Shown here in pieces: positions 46,360 to 55,097 of a stretch of 64,000 bases of DNA. The DNA is from a virus. Lineage: Duplodnaviria; Caudoviricetes. The position numbers were made by a program, and so were the translations under genes. The stretch's first letter is position 1; every line of letters starts with the position of its first letter. Location: the IMG/VR virus record IMGVR_UViG_3300037424_002485, positions 1 to 64,000 of that record. One strand, 5' to 3'. The notes under the pieces were generated by a model that ran no database searches, was not told the DNA's origin, and saw only the letters and a list, made by a program, of their open reading frames with translations.

Positions 46360-47436
46360 ATGAACGAAGACATAAATATAATTAAAGAAGTCGATTGCAC
46401 ACGCTTCGCTCCACAGCCTATAATTTATAACGTGGTCATCATCGGCTGCGGGAGCATCGGTAGCAGTAAATCAGACGCCTACGATAGCCCGACTACCGAT
46501 GCCGTACTCACCCATGCTCACGCGTTTTACCGGCACCCGAATACCGAGATCACTGGGTTCGTTGATCGCGATGTGGAGAAATCGGCGGCTGCGTTTCGTA
46601 AATGGGGTACGGCGAAAACTATAGTCGGGAACTATACCGATGCGGGCACGTTCTTTTTAGCAGCGCGTCCGGACATCGTTGTCGTGAGTAGTCCGACGGA
46701 AACGCATAAGGATGTATTGATGGATTTGCTCAAATTAAAAGATTATAACGGCTGGCAGCCGCGACTCGTTGTCGCCGAGAAACCGTTTTGCTCATCGCTG
46801 GCAGAAGCCCAAGAGGTTGCAGCGGCCTACGCCGCTGCCGGTATTCCCGTCCTCGTGAACTACACACGGCGCTTCGACCCAGTCGGTATGATTACGCTTA
46901 ACCAATTACGTGCGGGTGAATACGGCAGTATATATCACGCGCGCTGCCTGTACGGTCGCGGACTTCGGCGCGACGGTTGTCACGGCGTAGACATTCTCAA
47001 CTACGTACTCGGCAGAGTACAAGGACTATCATTTAACCACAGCTGCATCGACGACTACATACCCGACGATCCGTCATACACGTTACGCCTCGAATATGAA
47101 CGCTGCGGCGAAACATATATGATCGCTGCCGACAGCCGGGAGTGGGGTGCATTTGAACTCGAATTTGTTTGCGCGGAAGGCATTGTCGCGTTTTATAACT
47201 GGGGCAAGCAAGTGAGGATTTACCGGCCTGAAGAGGAGAGTACATACGGCCAGTATAAGTCGTTGTCGCGTGTCGGCTGCCGAGTAGAGCATATCGAGAC
47301 CGCGCTGCCCAAAGCACTTTTATATATGGCCGACGCTTGCATACGCCACCTGCGCGACGGCGAGCCGTTGCCGTGCACGCCTGTCGACGCACTGCGCGTA
47401 TGGGAAGTACTGGTGGCGGTCGGAGATAAGCGATGA
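46360..47436 (+). CDS. Gfo/Idh/MocA family oxidoreductase
   Basis: IIGCGSIG, VSSPTETH, AEKP, VNYTRRF. Confidence 0.9.
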   Translation: MNEDINIIKEVDCTRFAPQPIIYNVVIIGCGSIGSSKSDAYDSPTTDAVLTHAHAFYRHPNTEITGFVDRDVEKSAAAFRKWGTAKTIVGNYTDAGTFFLAARPDIVVVSSPTETHKDVLMDLLKLKDYNGWQPRLVVAEKPFCSSLAEAQEVAAAYAAAGIPVLVNYTRRFDPVGMITLNQLRAGEYGSIYHARCLYGRGLRRDGCHGVDILNYVLGRVQGLSFNHSCIDDYIPDDPSYTLRLEYERCGETYMIAADSREWGAFELEFVCAEGIVAFYNWGKQVRIYRPEEESTYGQYKSLSRVGCRVEHIETALPKALLYMADACIRHLRDGEPLPCTPVDALRVWEVLVAVGDKR

Positions 47437-47602
47437 AAGCATCAGAATTGATTTGTCGATTAACGGAAATAATGAAAACGTGCGGCGACTTACCGGTATA
47501 CGGACAGGCGGATTGGCAGTGGGAATTGGAGACATGCAAGATAGACGAAGGCCCGCACAATCAATATGACGACACCGTAGAACCCAAACGAGTTATATTA
47601 AA

Positions 47603-47956
47603 TTGAGAATATTTGGCGATAAAGGACCGGTGATGACCGCGCTCGAATTTATAAAATATGTACGCGGAAAATTCCCTTGTATACCGGGTGACCCGCATAA
47701 ACGCGGGCAACCTGCGAGCAACGGGCAACTTCGTAGATGGTGTGATATGGGAGCCGTGAGTATAAATGAAAAAACATCGAGATGGAACGATATGGTTGAA
47801 TTTCCAATTTGGGAGTTTACGTTCTTTCCCAGTAGTAAAAATAAAATACGACTGCATTATTCGGAAAAGGATAAGAAATTTCATGAGTTCTGGGATTCAT
47901 TAGAACGGCAATATAAAAATGGAACGTTGACTGTTATTCAAATAGAGGAGGAATAA
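47603..47956 (+). CDS. Hypothetical protein
   Basis: 117 aa, AT-rich. Confidence 0.55.
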   Translation: MRIFGDKGPVMTALEFIKYVRGKFPCIPGDPHKRGQPASNGQLRRWCDMGAVSINEKTSRWNDMVEFPIWEFTFFPSSKNKIRLHYSEKDKKFHEFWDSLERQYKNGTLTVIQIEEE

Positions 47957-47957
47957 A

Positions 47958-48212
47958 ATGTTTACAATCGAATTGGGCGTACAGGCAGAAAGCAATATCA
48001 CGGGACTCAAAGGCACGGTCACATCACGGTCGGAACATCTCAATGGTTGCAATCGGTACTGGGTACAGCCAAAGATAGGAAAAGACGGCAAAGTGCCCGA
48101 AGGCATGTGGCACGATGAAGCCGAACTCGTCGTCAAAAAGAAACCTATCTTCGAGCGAGTCTTCGAGCGAGCGAATAACGATCGCGGCGGCTTTCCGAGC
48201 GCGATAAAATAA
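47958..48212 (+). CDS. Conserved phage hypothetical protein (SH3-like)
   Basis: LG......ITGLKG.VT.R...LNGCNRY.VQP. Confidence 0.7.
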   Translation: MFTIELGVQAESNITGLKGTVTSRSEHLNGCNRYWVQPKIGKDGKVPEGMWHDEAELVVKKKPIFERVFERANNDRGGFPSAIK

Positions 48213-48220
48213 AGGAGAGT

Positions 48221-48409
48221 GTGATGCCCGGTAAAAAGAGAACAAAGAAATCAAAGAAAAAAGAATCCGCAACAGACGTCCGACGTAAAGCTATAGACGC
48301 TTTGCTTGCCAATAATGATAACGGAGGAATAACCCCGGCTGATCTTCGTGCATGCTTCACGTTTGTATTAGACGCTATCGAACAGGAGACAAAACAATGG
48401 CAAAATTAG
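48221..48409 (+). CDS. Hypothetical protein
   Basis: 62 aa. Confidence 0.5.
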   Translation: MMPGKKRTKKSKKKESATDVRRKAIDALLANNDNGGITPADLRACFTFVLDAIEQETKQWQN

Positions 48410-49776
48410 CTCTGTTCGGCGGCACCCCGGTTCGTGCCGAACTCTTCCCGAGTCAAAATACGATCGGGCCTCTGGAAATCGAAGCCGCGAACCGCGTCCT
48501 CGCCAGCGGAAAACTAACCGGCTATCAGGGTAACGGCGGCGAGAACTTCCGGGGTGGCGTAAAAGTCCGTGCCCTCGAAGAGGAATGGGCGGCTAAGTTC
48601 GGCGTACGCCACGCCATCGCTTGCAACTCGGCGACAAGCGGATTGTTTATCGCCTGCGGCGCCGCCGGTATGGACCGCGCCGACGCCGGTGACGTCGTCG
48701 TCACGCCGTTCTCAATGTCGTGCTCAGCCAGCGTCCCGCTCGGCTGGAAACACGGCGTACGCTTCGGCGACATCGAACGCGACTACTATTGCCTGAGCGC
48801 GGAGAGCGTCGGCAAGCACGTACTCAACACGTTTCAGAAATACTCAGCAGTCATCCCTGTCAGCTTGTTCGGGCAACCCTATGATTGCGAGGCGATAAAC
48901 GCCGTCGCCAAGGAGAAGGGCGTATACGTTATCGAAGACGCTGCGCAGGCGCTCGGCAGTATGTGGTACGACAAACAAGATGTCGGCCACTACGCCGGTA
49001 CGCTCGGCGACATCGGTGTGTATTCATTCAATTTGGGCAAGCATCTGACGTGCGGCGAAGGCGGAATGATTGTTACCGATAACGATGAACTCGCAATGCG
49101 CTGCCGCCTGATTATGAATCATGCCGAAGCCGTTGTGCACGACCTGGCGAAATCGCCGTGGGTAGACGTTAAATCGAGCGCAGGATTACCTCTATGTACA
49201 AGTATACCGACTGAAAACTTCAAGACCGTGTACGGCTTCAATCTTCGCATGACTGAAATATGCGCGGCTATCGTTAGGGTACAACTGGCTCGGATGGATG
49301 CGATGATTCAGCAGCGCGTGGATAACGTCACGCACATCATCAACCGGCTCAAGCATATTCCCTGCCTGGGTATGCCTGCTGTGAGGCCCGGCTGCACGCA
49401 TACATATTACGTACTCCCCTTGAAGTACGATCCTCTTCTCGGCTGGAAAGAAGGCCAGGGCATCGCCGAGACTTCGCCGATGCCTATCTCCCGCGATCTA
49501 TTCGTTGACGCCGTCCGTGCCGAATTAAAGCCAACTAAGGACAGGGAAAGCGAAGGCGTAACCGTTGGCGGCGGCTACTGCCGGCCCATTCAAAACATGC
49601 CGTTGTTCGACCGCAGTCTCGACGAAACGCCTGAGTGCCAGCGGCAGTGGGCGGACGAATTGATTATTGTCCACCGCATGTTTGGGCCTAATGCCAGCAG
49701 GCGCGATCTCGACGATATTTGCAACGCCTTCGAGAAAGTCTGGGATTACCGGGAAGAATTGATGACGGCGAAATGA
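48397..49776 (+). CDS. DegT/DnrJ/EryC1/StrS sugar aminotransferase (PseC/SpsC-like)
   Basis: [29 protein letters not shown] (PLP Lys), GFNLRMTE. Confidence 0.9.
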   Translation: MAKLALFGGTPVRAELFPSQNTIGPLEIEAANRVLASGKLTGYQGNGGENFRGGVKVRALEEEWAAKFGVRHAIACNSATSGLFIACGAAGMDRADAGDVVVTPFSMSCSASVPLGWKHGVRFGDIERDYYCLSAESVGKHVLNTFQKYSAVIPVSLFGQPYDCEAINAVAKEKGVYVIEDAAQALGSMWYDKQDVGHYAGTLGDIGVYSFNLGKHLTCGEGGMIVTDNDELAMRCRLIMNHAEAVVHDLAKSPWVDVKSSAGLPLCTSIPTENFKTVYGFNLRMTEICAAIVRVQLARMDAMIQQRVDNVTHIINRLKHIPCLGMPAVRPGCTHTYYVLPLKYDPLLGWKEGQGIAETSPMPISRDLFVDAVRAELKPTKDRESEGVTVGGGYCRPIQNMPLFDRSLDETPECQRQWADELIIVHRMFGPNASRRDLDDICNAFEKVWDYREELMTAK

Positions 49777-49985
49777 TTGAGTTCAACAAGCGGCGCGACC
49801 GCTTCTCGCACGGATTCATTTTCATTTCACACGCCGAACTCGAAGAACGAGGAATCGTGTTCGACGAAACCCTACATCGTATCGGCAGCGGCGTTATGTA
49901 TAACGGCAGCAGGCATTCGATATACGGTTTGGGTACGGCAGGGCTACTGATTTGGCCGCTCGGCAGACGTGCACCGAGAGAATAG
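49773..49985 (+). CDS. Hypothetical protein
   Basis: 70 aa, coupled. Confidence 0.45.
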   Translation: MIEFNKRRDRFSHGFIFISHAELEERGIVFDETLHRIGSGVMYNGSRHSIYGLGTAGLLIWPLGRRAPRE

Positions 49986-49993
49986 GAGACGAT

Positions 49994-50329
49994 ATGGCAT
50001 GGAAAGTTGCTATAAATCAACACTGGAATAATCCGGGCGCAGCGGACGTCATTATTTATCGAGAAGCAGGCGGCGATAAAATTCAAGTCCTCTACATTGA
50101 AGACGCCAAGACGTGGACGGTGAGCGTGAAGGAATTCTCGGCGGCAGCCGTCGTCGAACCCTCGCTGCGCTTACCCGCAGGCGTTCTCGAAGCGCTTATG
50201 GCCGGCTTGCAGGAGCACGGGATCAAACCGCCCGGCGAGCATAAAATCGCCGGGCTATACGAGGCTACGAAATATCACCTTGAGGATTTACGCGGCCTGC
50301 TTAAACTTAACGGAGGCGTGAAGAAATGA
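49994..50329 (+). CDS. Hypothetical phage protein
   Basis: 111 aa; ATKYHLEDLR.L motif. Confidence 0.6.
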   Translation: MAWKVAINQHWNNPGAADVIIYREAGGDKIQVLYIEDAKTWTVSVKEFSAAAVVEPSLRLPAGVLEALMAGLQEHGIKPPGEHKIAGLYEATKYHLEDLRGLLKLNGGVKK

Positions 50330-51393
50330 TAACAAGTACTGCGAATTTGGAAGTGGATAAGATGGGCGCGCAAATCGGTGATAAGCAGCCCGGCTTTTAC
50401 GACGGTAAGGAGATTTTAATTACCGGCGGCACAGGTTCATTGGGAAAAGCGCTCGTCAGGCAATTACTCGCTGAGCACCGCCCGAAAGGGATACGCATCT
50501 TCAGCCGAGACGAATTAAAACAATATCACATGCACAACGACATCAAACAATGGCCGTCACCGTCGAAATGTCCGGTCGCCTTTCTTGTTGGCGACGTTCG
50601 CTGCTACGACCGGCTGCGGCGCGCGTTCAAGAGTGTCGATGTTATAATTCACGCAGCCGCAATGAAGCAGGTGCCCGCTTGCGAACAAAACCCACTCGAA
50701 GCCATTCAGACGAATGTGCTGGGTGCCGTGAACGTACTCAACGCAGCCATAGATTGCGGCGTCGAGCGGGTGATGAACGTATCGACCGATAAGGCAGCGA
50801 AGCCCGTCAACCTATACGGGGCGACGAAAATGTCGGCGGAGAAATTATTTATCGACGGTAACGTGTACACAGGCGGACACGGCACGCGGTTCGCCAGCTG
50901 TCGTTACGGTAACGTGCTCGGCAGCCGGGGAAGCGTCGCCCATGTTTTCCGCGCGCAGGTAGACGCCGGCCTGCCGATCACGCTCACGCATAAAGCCATG
51001 ACGAGGTTCTGGATTACGCTGCCCGATGCTGCGCGCTTCGTCCTCGCCCGTACCGCAGAAATGCAGGGCGGCGAAACGTTCGTACCGCGAATGAAGAGCA
51101 TGGGTATATATGAGATGGCAAGAGCGATATTGGTGGATAGTAAAAAAGCACTCATAGAAACTACTGATTTTAAAGATATAGGCATCCGACAAGGAGAGAA
51201 ACTGCACGAGATTCTATTCACTCGGGAAGACTACGTGTACGAATTCGGAGATCACTACCGCGTATTCGCAGCGCCGCGCATAGGCGAGGGTTACGGCAGA
51301 GCCGAACAATGGGAACTCGCGTCAAATCGAAATCCAAACGGGAACATTGGCGGCGATGAATTGCTGGCGATGATTACCGAGACCGGATTATGA
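50326..51393 (+). CDS. pseB: UDP-N-acetylglucosamine 4,6-dehydratase (inverting)
   Basis: ITGGTGSLG, FSRDELKQ, HAAAMKQVPACEQNP, STDKA..PVNLYGATK, RYGNVLGSRGSV, MTRFWITL. Confidence 0.9.
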   Translation: MITSTANLEVDKMGAQIGDKQPGFYDGKEILITGGTGSLGKALVRQLLAEHRPKGIRIFSRDELKQYHMHNDIKQWPSPSKCPVAFLVGDVRCYDRLRRAFKSVDVIIHAAAMKQVPACEQNPLEAIQTNVLGAVNVLNAAIDCGVERVMNVSTDKAAKPVNLYGATKMSAEKLFIDGNVYTGGHGTRFASCRYGNVLGSRGSVAHVFRAQVDAGLPITLTHKAMTRFWITLPDAARFVLARTAEMQGGETFVPRMKSMGIYEMARAILVDSKKALIETTDFKDIGIRQGEKLHEILFTREDYVYEFGDHYRVFAAPRIGEGYGRAEQWELASNRNPNGNIGGDELLAMITETGL

Positions 51394-51601
51394 ACAGGAG
51401 ATCACACTGGGCGTGACGAGTCCGGGGAATACCGCTATAAGAGTCGCTAAAGCAGCGAGGCGGGCGAAAGAAAGTCGCTAACTAAACTCGTGTCCGGTTC
51501 ATCGTCTGATTCTGTCAGGTCGAACTACTGACAACTCAGTAAAGCCGGAAAATTTATAATGAGGTCTACAATTTTAATCTAATTTCACAGGAGGGTGCCT
51601 G
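51394..51601 (+). ncRNA. Candidate structured RNA in a 208-nt intergenic gap
   Basis: Nested stems CCGG/CCGG, CTGA/TCAG, TGTCAG/CTGACA, ACGAGT/ACTCGT; family not recognised. Confidence 0.3.
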
Positions 51602-51862
51602 ATGTTCGGATTAGAGTATATCTTAACATTCATCAAAATAGCATTCAATGTCGCATTCGCAATCGTGTCGGCATGGCCGATGTACTACGCCTGGAATTGT
51701 ATCGCTCCGAAGTATCTGGCGGCGTACATTCCTCAGGTCTTCATCGCAATACCATACTGGCATATCGTCGGAATTTTTTTGGTCTGCACCTTCATCGGAG
51801 AGCAGATACAGAAATTGACCCCAAAAATAATCTCTATCGAACAGAAGAACGAAAACAAGTAG
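51602..51862 (+). CDS. Small two-TM membrane protein
   Basis: Two hydrophobic helices, basic tail, CAGGAGG RBS. Confidence 0.65.
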   Translation: MFGLEYILTFIKIAFNVAFAIVSAWPMYYAWNCIAPKYLAAYIPQVFIAIPYWHIVGIFLVCTFIGEQIQKLTPKIISIEQKNENK

Positions 51863-51903
51863 ACGATACATAGTTGAACAATTTGATAAAGGAAGGATTA
51901 TAA

Positions 51904-52434
51904 ATGACGGTGTGGACGGAGCGCCTGATAGGCCGATGCCTTGCCCGGCAGATATTTAATAATAAATGCCTTGTCGTCGTACCCAACTGCAATTTCACCG
52001 GCGACGAAATTGACATTCTCGGCATAACCCGAGACCTGCGCATCATCGACGTCGAGATAAAAATAAGCCGAGCTGATTTAAAAGCGGACAGGCGAAAAGA
52101 TAAATGGTTCACGCATTACGACTGGCGCACAGACCGTGCGGCGTTCGGCAGGCGCGACCGCCAGCCCGTGCAATGGCCGCATCGCGTCTGGAAGCATTAT
52201 TTTGCGCTGCCCGAAAAGATTTACATGCAGGAGCTGTTAGCCGAACTGCCGGCGGCAAGCGGGGTGCTTTTACTCCGCGATAACTATGCCGGCATCCGTT
52301 GCTTACGCCGAGCACAGCCGTGTCGCAGCGCCGACAGACTCAGCGCAGAAGACGCCGTCAATATCGCCCGCCTCGCCAGCCTGCGGATGTGGGATGCCTA
52401 CAAAGAATTGGATGCCGCGAATGATCGCGTATGA
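51904..52434 (+). CDS. PD-(D/E)xK nuclease-like protein (MmcB-like)
   Basis: VPNC...EIDIL...DVEIKISRADLKAD..KDKW...YFALP. Confidence 0.75.
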   Translation: MTVWTERLIGRCLARQIFNNKCLVVVPNCNFTGDEIDILGITRDLRIIDVEIKISRADLKADRRKDKWFTHYDWRTDRAAFGRRDRQPVQWPHRVWKHYFALPEKIYMQELLAELPAASGVLLLRDNYAGIRCLRRAQPCRSADRLSAEDAVNIARLASLRMWDAYKELDAANDRV

Positions 52435-52726
52435 TATGTTCGGCGTAAAGCAGCTCGCCTGCGCGGTCATTCGGGAAGCCGTCGAGGACTACACAGGCAG
52501 GGAGTGGAACGACAAACACGAGCGATTCAAAGAAAAGAAGGTTAGCGATAGACGCTGGCGATCGGCAACCGCGTTTCTCCACGGCAAGACCAGGCACGCC
52601 GCGTATACATCCATGCTTGAATTTTGTTGCGAACTCGCTGGCGTGCCGGTATCCATAATTCAGAAAGGAGCGTTTGCAGATGACGTACACCAGCGAAGAG
52701 AAAGGCTTGAGGATTACCCCGTTTGA
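52421..52726 (+). CDS. Hypothetical protein
   Basis: LACAVIREAVEDY...ATAFL pattern common in phages. Confidence 0.6.
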   Translation: MIAYDMFGVKQLACAVIREAVEDYTGREWNDKHERFKEKKVSDRRWRSATAFLHGKTRHAAYTSMLEFCCELAGVPVSIIQKGAFADDVHQRRERLEDYPV

Positions 52727-53294
52727 CGCCAGCGTGCATGCGACTGAAATCAGTCGACAGTGGCTGAACGACGGCGAGACCTGCCGTTTTAACTCCTGGG
52801 GCGTGTTTCCGTATACGCGAAGCCAACAGGCTGCCTACGTCAAAACCATCGAAGACGGCGACCCGTCTAAAATTGTATGGGCGATAGAAATGATTGAAGG
52901 AGAAAAAATAATCCCGACCGACCCGCCCACTCCGGGTGGTATATTGGTACAAAAAGTACCTCGTTGGCGACACGTCGGTAACTGTAGCCTTCAATCCATC
53001 GATATGCATAATCGAAGCGCCGAATTCGCCGTCGTCATCGGCTGCGCTAAGGCGCGCGGCAAAGACTATGGGAAAACGGTACTCGGCTTCGCTCTCGACC
53101 ACGCATTCAAACGGCTGGGATTGCACCGCGTATGGCTGGGTACATCGGCGGATAACGTCGGCATGCAAAAATGCGCAGCTGCCAACGATATGCCCAGGGA
53201 TGGTATAATCAAAGACGGAATGTGGAGTTGCGGGAAATTTGTAGACGTATATATTTATAATATAACTGAGGAGGATTATCGTGGCAGCCGATAA
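52680..53294 (+). CDS. GNAT N-acetyltransferase (RimJ/PseH-like)
   Basis: HVGNCSL..ID..NRSAEFAVVIG...RGKDYG...LGLHRVWL...N. Confidence 0.85.
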   Translation: MTYTSEEKGLRITPFDASVHATEISRQWLNDGETCRFNSWGVFPYTRSQQAAYVKTIEDGDPSKIVWAIEMIEGEKIIPTDPPTPGGILVQKVPRWRHVGNCSLQSIDMHNRSAEFAVVIGCAKARGKDYGKTVLGFALDHAFKRLGLHRVWLGTSADNVGMQKCAAANDMPRDGIIKDGMWSCGKFVDVYIYNITEEDYRGSR

Positions 53295-54051
53295 AAACGC
53301 AGTACTCAATTTCTGGAACGAATGCGCGTCGCTCAAGGAACGCGCGGGTACAAACGACCTTATCGCCAAGCAGTTGGAAATCGAAGCCATTGCCAAATAT
53401 GTCGGCGACGGCCAGCGCATACTCGAAGTCGGCTGCGGTAACGGTATCACGGCAGCAGAATTAGCCGCTCGCTTCGCTGTAGACATAATCGCCGTCGATT
53501 ATGCTGGCGAGATGATTGCTGAAGCCCAAGAGCTTCACGCCACCCGCCCGCTCAAGGGCCAACTCGCCTTCGGGGAATGCGGCATAGAAAATCTGGCTGC
53601 GGTCAACGGGGAGTTCGACCTCGTATATACCGAACGCGTACTCATCAACCTGCCCGATTGGAACAGCCAGCGGCAGGCGATAGAAGCCGTCGGCGATAAG
53701 CTGAGGCCTGGCGGCAAGTATATTATGTGCGAGAACAGCCAGGACGGACTCGACGGAATAAATGCTGTGCGCGCAGCCAATGATTTACCGGTCATAGTCG
53801 CGCCCTGGCATAACCGATACATGATCGACGCTGAACTCCAGCAGGACGTAAGAGGTCTTATGTTGATCGATATCGATTACTACAGCTCAACTTATTATTT
53901 CCTCAGCCGCATCGTCAATGCAGCTGTTGCCCGGCAAGAGGGACGCGAACCCGCCTACGACTCGGCCATAAATAAGCTCGCGCTGAGCACGCCGGCTCTC
54001 GGCAGTTTCGGACAGGGGAGGATTTGGGTATGGGAAAAACAATCCACATAG
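53281..54051 (+). CDS. Class I SAM-dependent methyltransferase
   Basis: ILEVGCGNG, AVDYA, FDLVYTERVLINL, LRPGG. Confidence 0.88.
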   Translation: MAADKNAVLNFWNECASLKERAGTNDLIAKQLEIEAIAKYVGDGQRILEVGCGNGITAAELAARFAVDIIAVDYAGEMIAEAQELHATRPLKGQLAFGECGIENLAAVNGEFDLVYTERVLINLPDWNSQRQAIEAVGDKLRPGGKYIMCENSQDGLDGINAVRAANDLPVIVAPWHNRYMIDAELQQDVRGLMLIDIDYYSSTYYFLSRIVNAAVARQEGREPAYDSAINKLALSTPALGSFGQGRIWVWEKQST

Positions 54052-55082
54052 GCAGCCGTGAAATAGGTGCAGGTCAGCCGCCGTTTGTCGTCGCCGAAAT
54101 GTCGGGCAATCATAATCAGTCGTTGGGTACAGCGATCGATATAATACGTGCTGCCGCACAATGCGGAGCGCATGCCGTAAAACTGCAAACGTACACTGCC
54201 GACGTACTGACGATAAATGAATGGCATAACGAATTCTTTATCGACAATAAAAAAAGCCCGTGGAAAGGACAGTCGCTACACACCCTTTATCAACGTGCGT
54301 GTACGCCGTATGAATGGCACGAAGTCCTATTCAAAGAAGCCAGTGCTTGCGAACTGCCTGTATTCAGCACTCCGTTTGACGAAACCGCCGTCGATTTTTT
54401 GGAGGCGCTCGGCGCGCCCGCGTATAAAATTGCCTCGTTTGAAAACAATCACCTGGCGTTAATCCGGCGGGCAGCGGCTACCGGGAAGCCTCTGATTATA
54501 TCCACGGGTATGGCGACGCTCGCCGAACTTGATGATGCCGTTACAGCGGCCCGGCAGGCCGGGTGCCGAGACCTCATCCTGTTGAAATGCGTGAGCGCGT
54601 ATCCGGCTGCGGCTGCCGACATGAATCTCGCAACCATACCGCACTTGCGCCAGTTATTCGATTGCGAAGTCGGCTTGTCCGATCACACAAGAGGCTCAGA
54701 AATCGCCGTGGCCGCTGTAGCACTCGGCGCGTGCATGATTGAAAAACACATAACGTTGAGCCGGGCTCTCGGCGGCGTCGACGCCAGCTTCTCGGTGGAG
54801 CCCAACGAACTCGACGAGCTGGTTACACGAACCCTGCGCGCGTGGCAGGCGGTCGGCAGCGTACATTACGGTATCACCGAGGCCGAAAAGTCATCGGCTG
54901 TCTACCGGCGTTCGGTTTACGCCGTCGTCGACATACGCGCGGGCGAAGTGCTGACTACGGCGAATATCCGCGTCATCCGACCTGGCCTCGGACTGGCACC
55001 GAAATATTATGACGTGCTCGTTGGCAAGACGGCGGCTGTCGATATCAGCCGCGGTACGCCCATAAATTGGGATATGATATAA
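54030..55082 (+). CDS. pseI: Pseudaminic acid synthase (NeuB family, with SAF domain)
   Basis: AEMSGNHNQS, AVKLQTYTAD, KIASFE, LKCVSAYP, GLSDHT, IEKH, DASFS, RRSVY...RPGLGLAPKY. Confidence 0.92.
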   Translation: MGKTIHIGSREIGAGQPPFVVAEMSGNHNQSLGTAIDIIRAAAQCGAHAVKLQTYTADVLTINEWHNEFFIDNKKSPWKGQSLHTLYQRACTPYEWHEVLFKEASACELPVFSTPFDETAVDFLEALGAPAYKIASFENNHLALIRRAAATGKPLIISTGMATLAELDDAVTAARQAGCRDLILLKCVSAYPAAAADMNLATIPHLRQLFDCEVGLSDHTRGSEIAVAAVALGACMIEKHITLSRALGGVDASFSVEPNELDELVTRTLRAWQAVGSVHYGITEAEKSSAVYRRSVYAVVDIRAGEVLTTANIRVIRPGLGLAPKYYDVLVGKTAAVDISRGTPINWDMI

Positions 55083-55097
55083 ATTTGGATTGAAAGG

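Noticed and set aside
51410-51470. Hammerhead-like core (GTGACGA-GTCCG...CGGGC-GAAA)
   Set aside because: The conserved C3 is G (no C3-G8 pair), and no convincing stems I/III or cleavage triplet could be built
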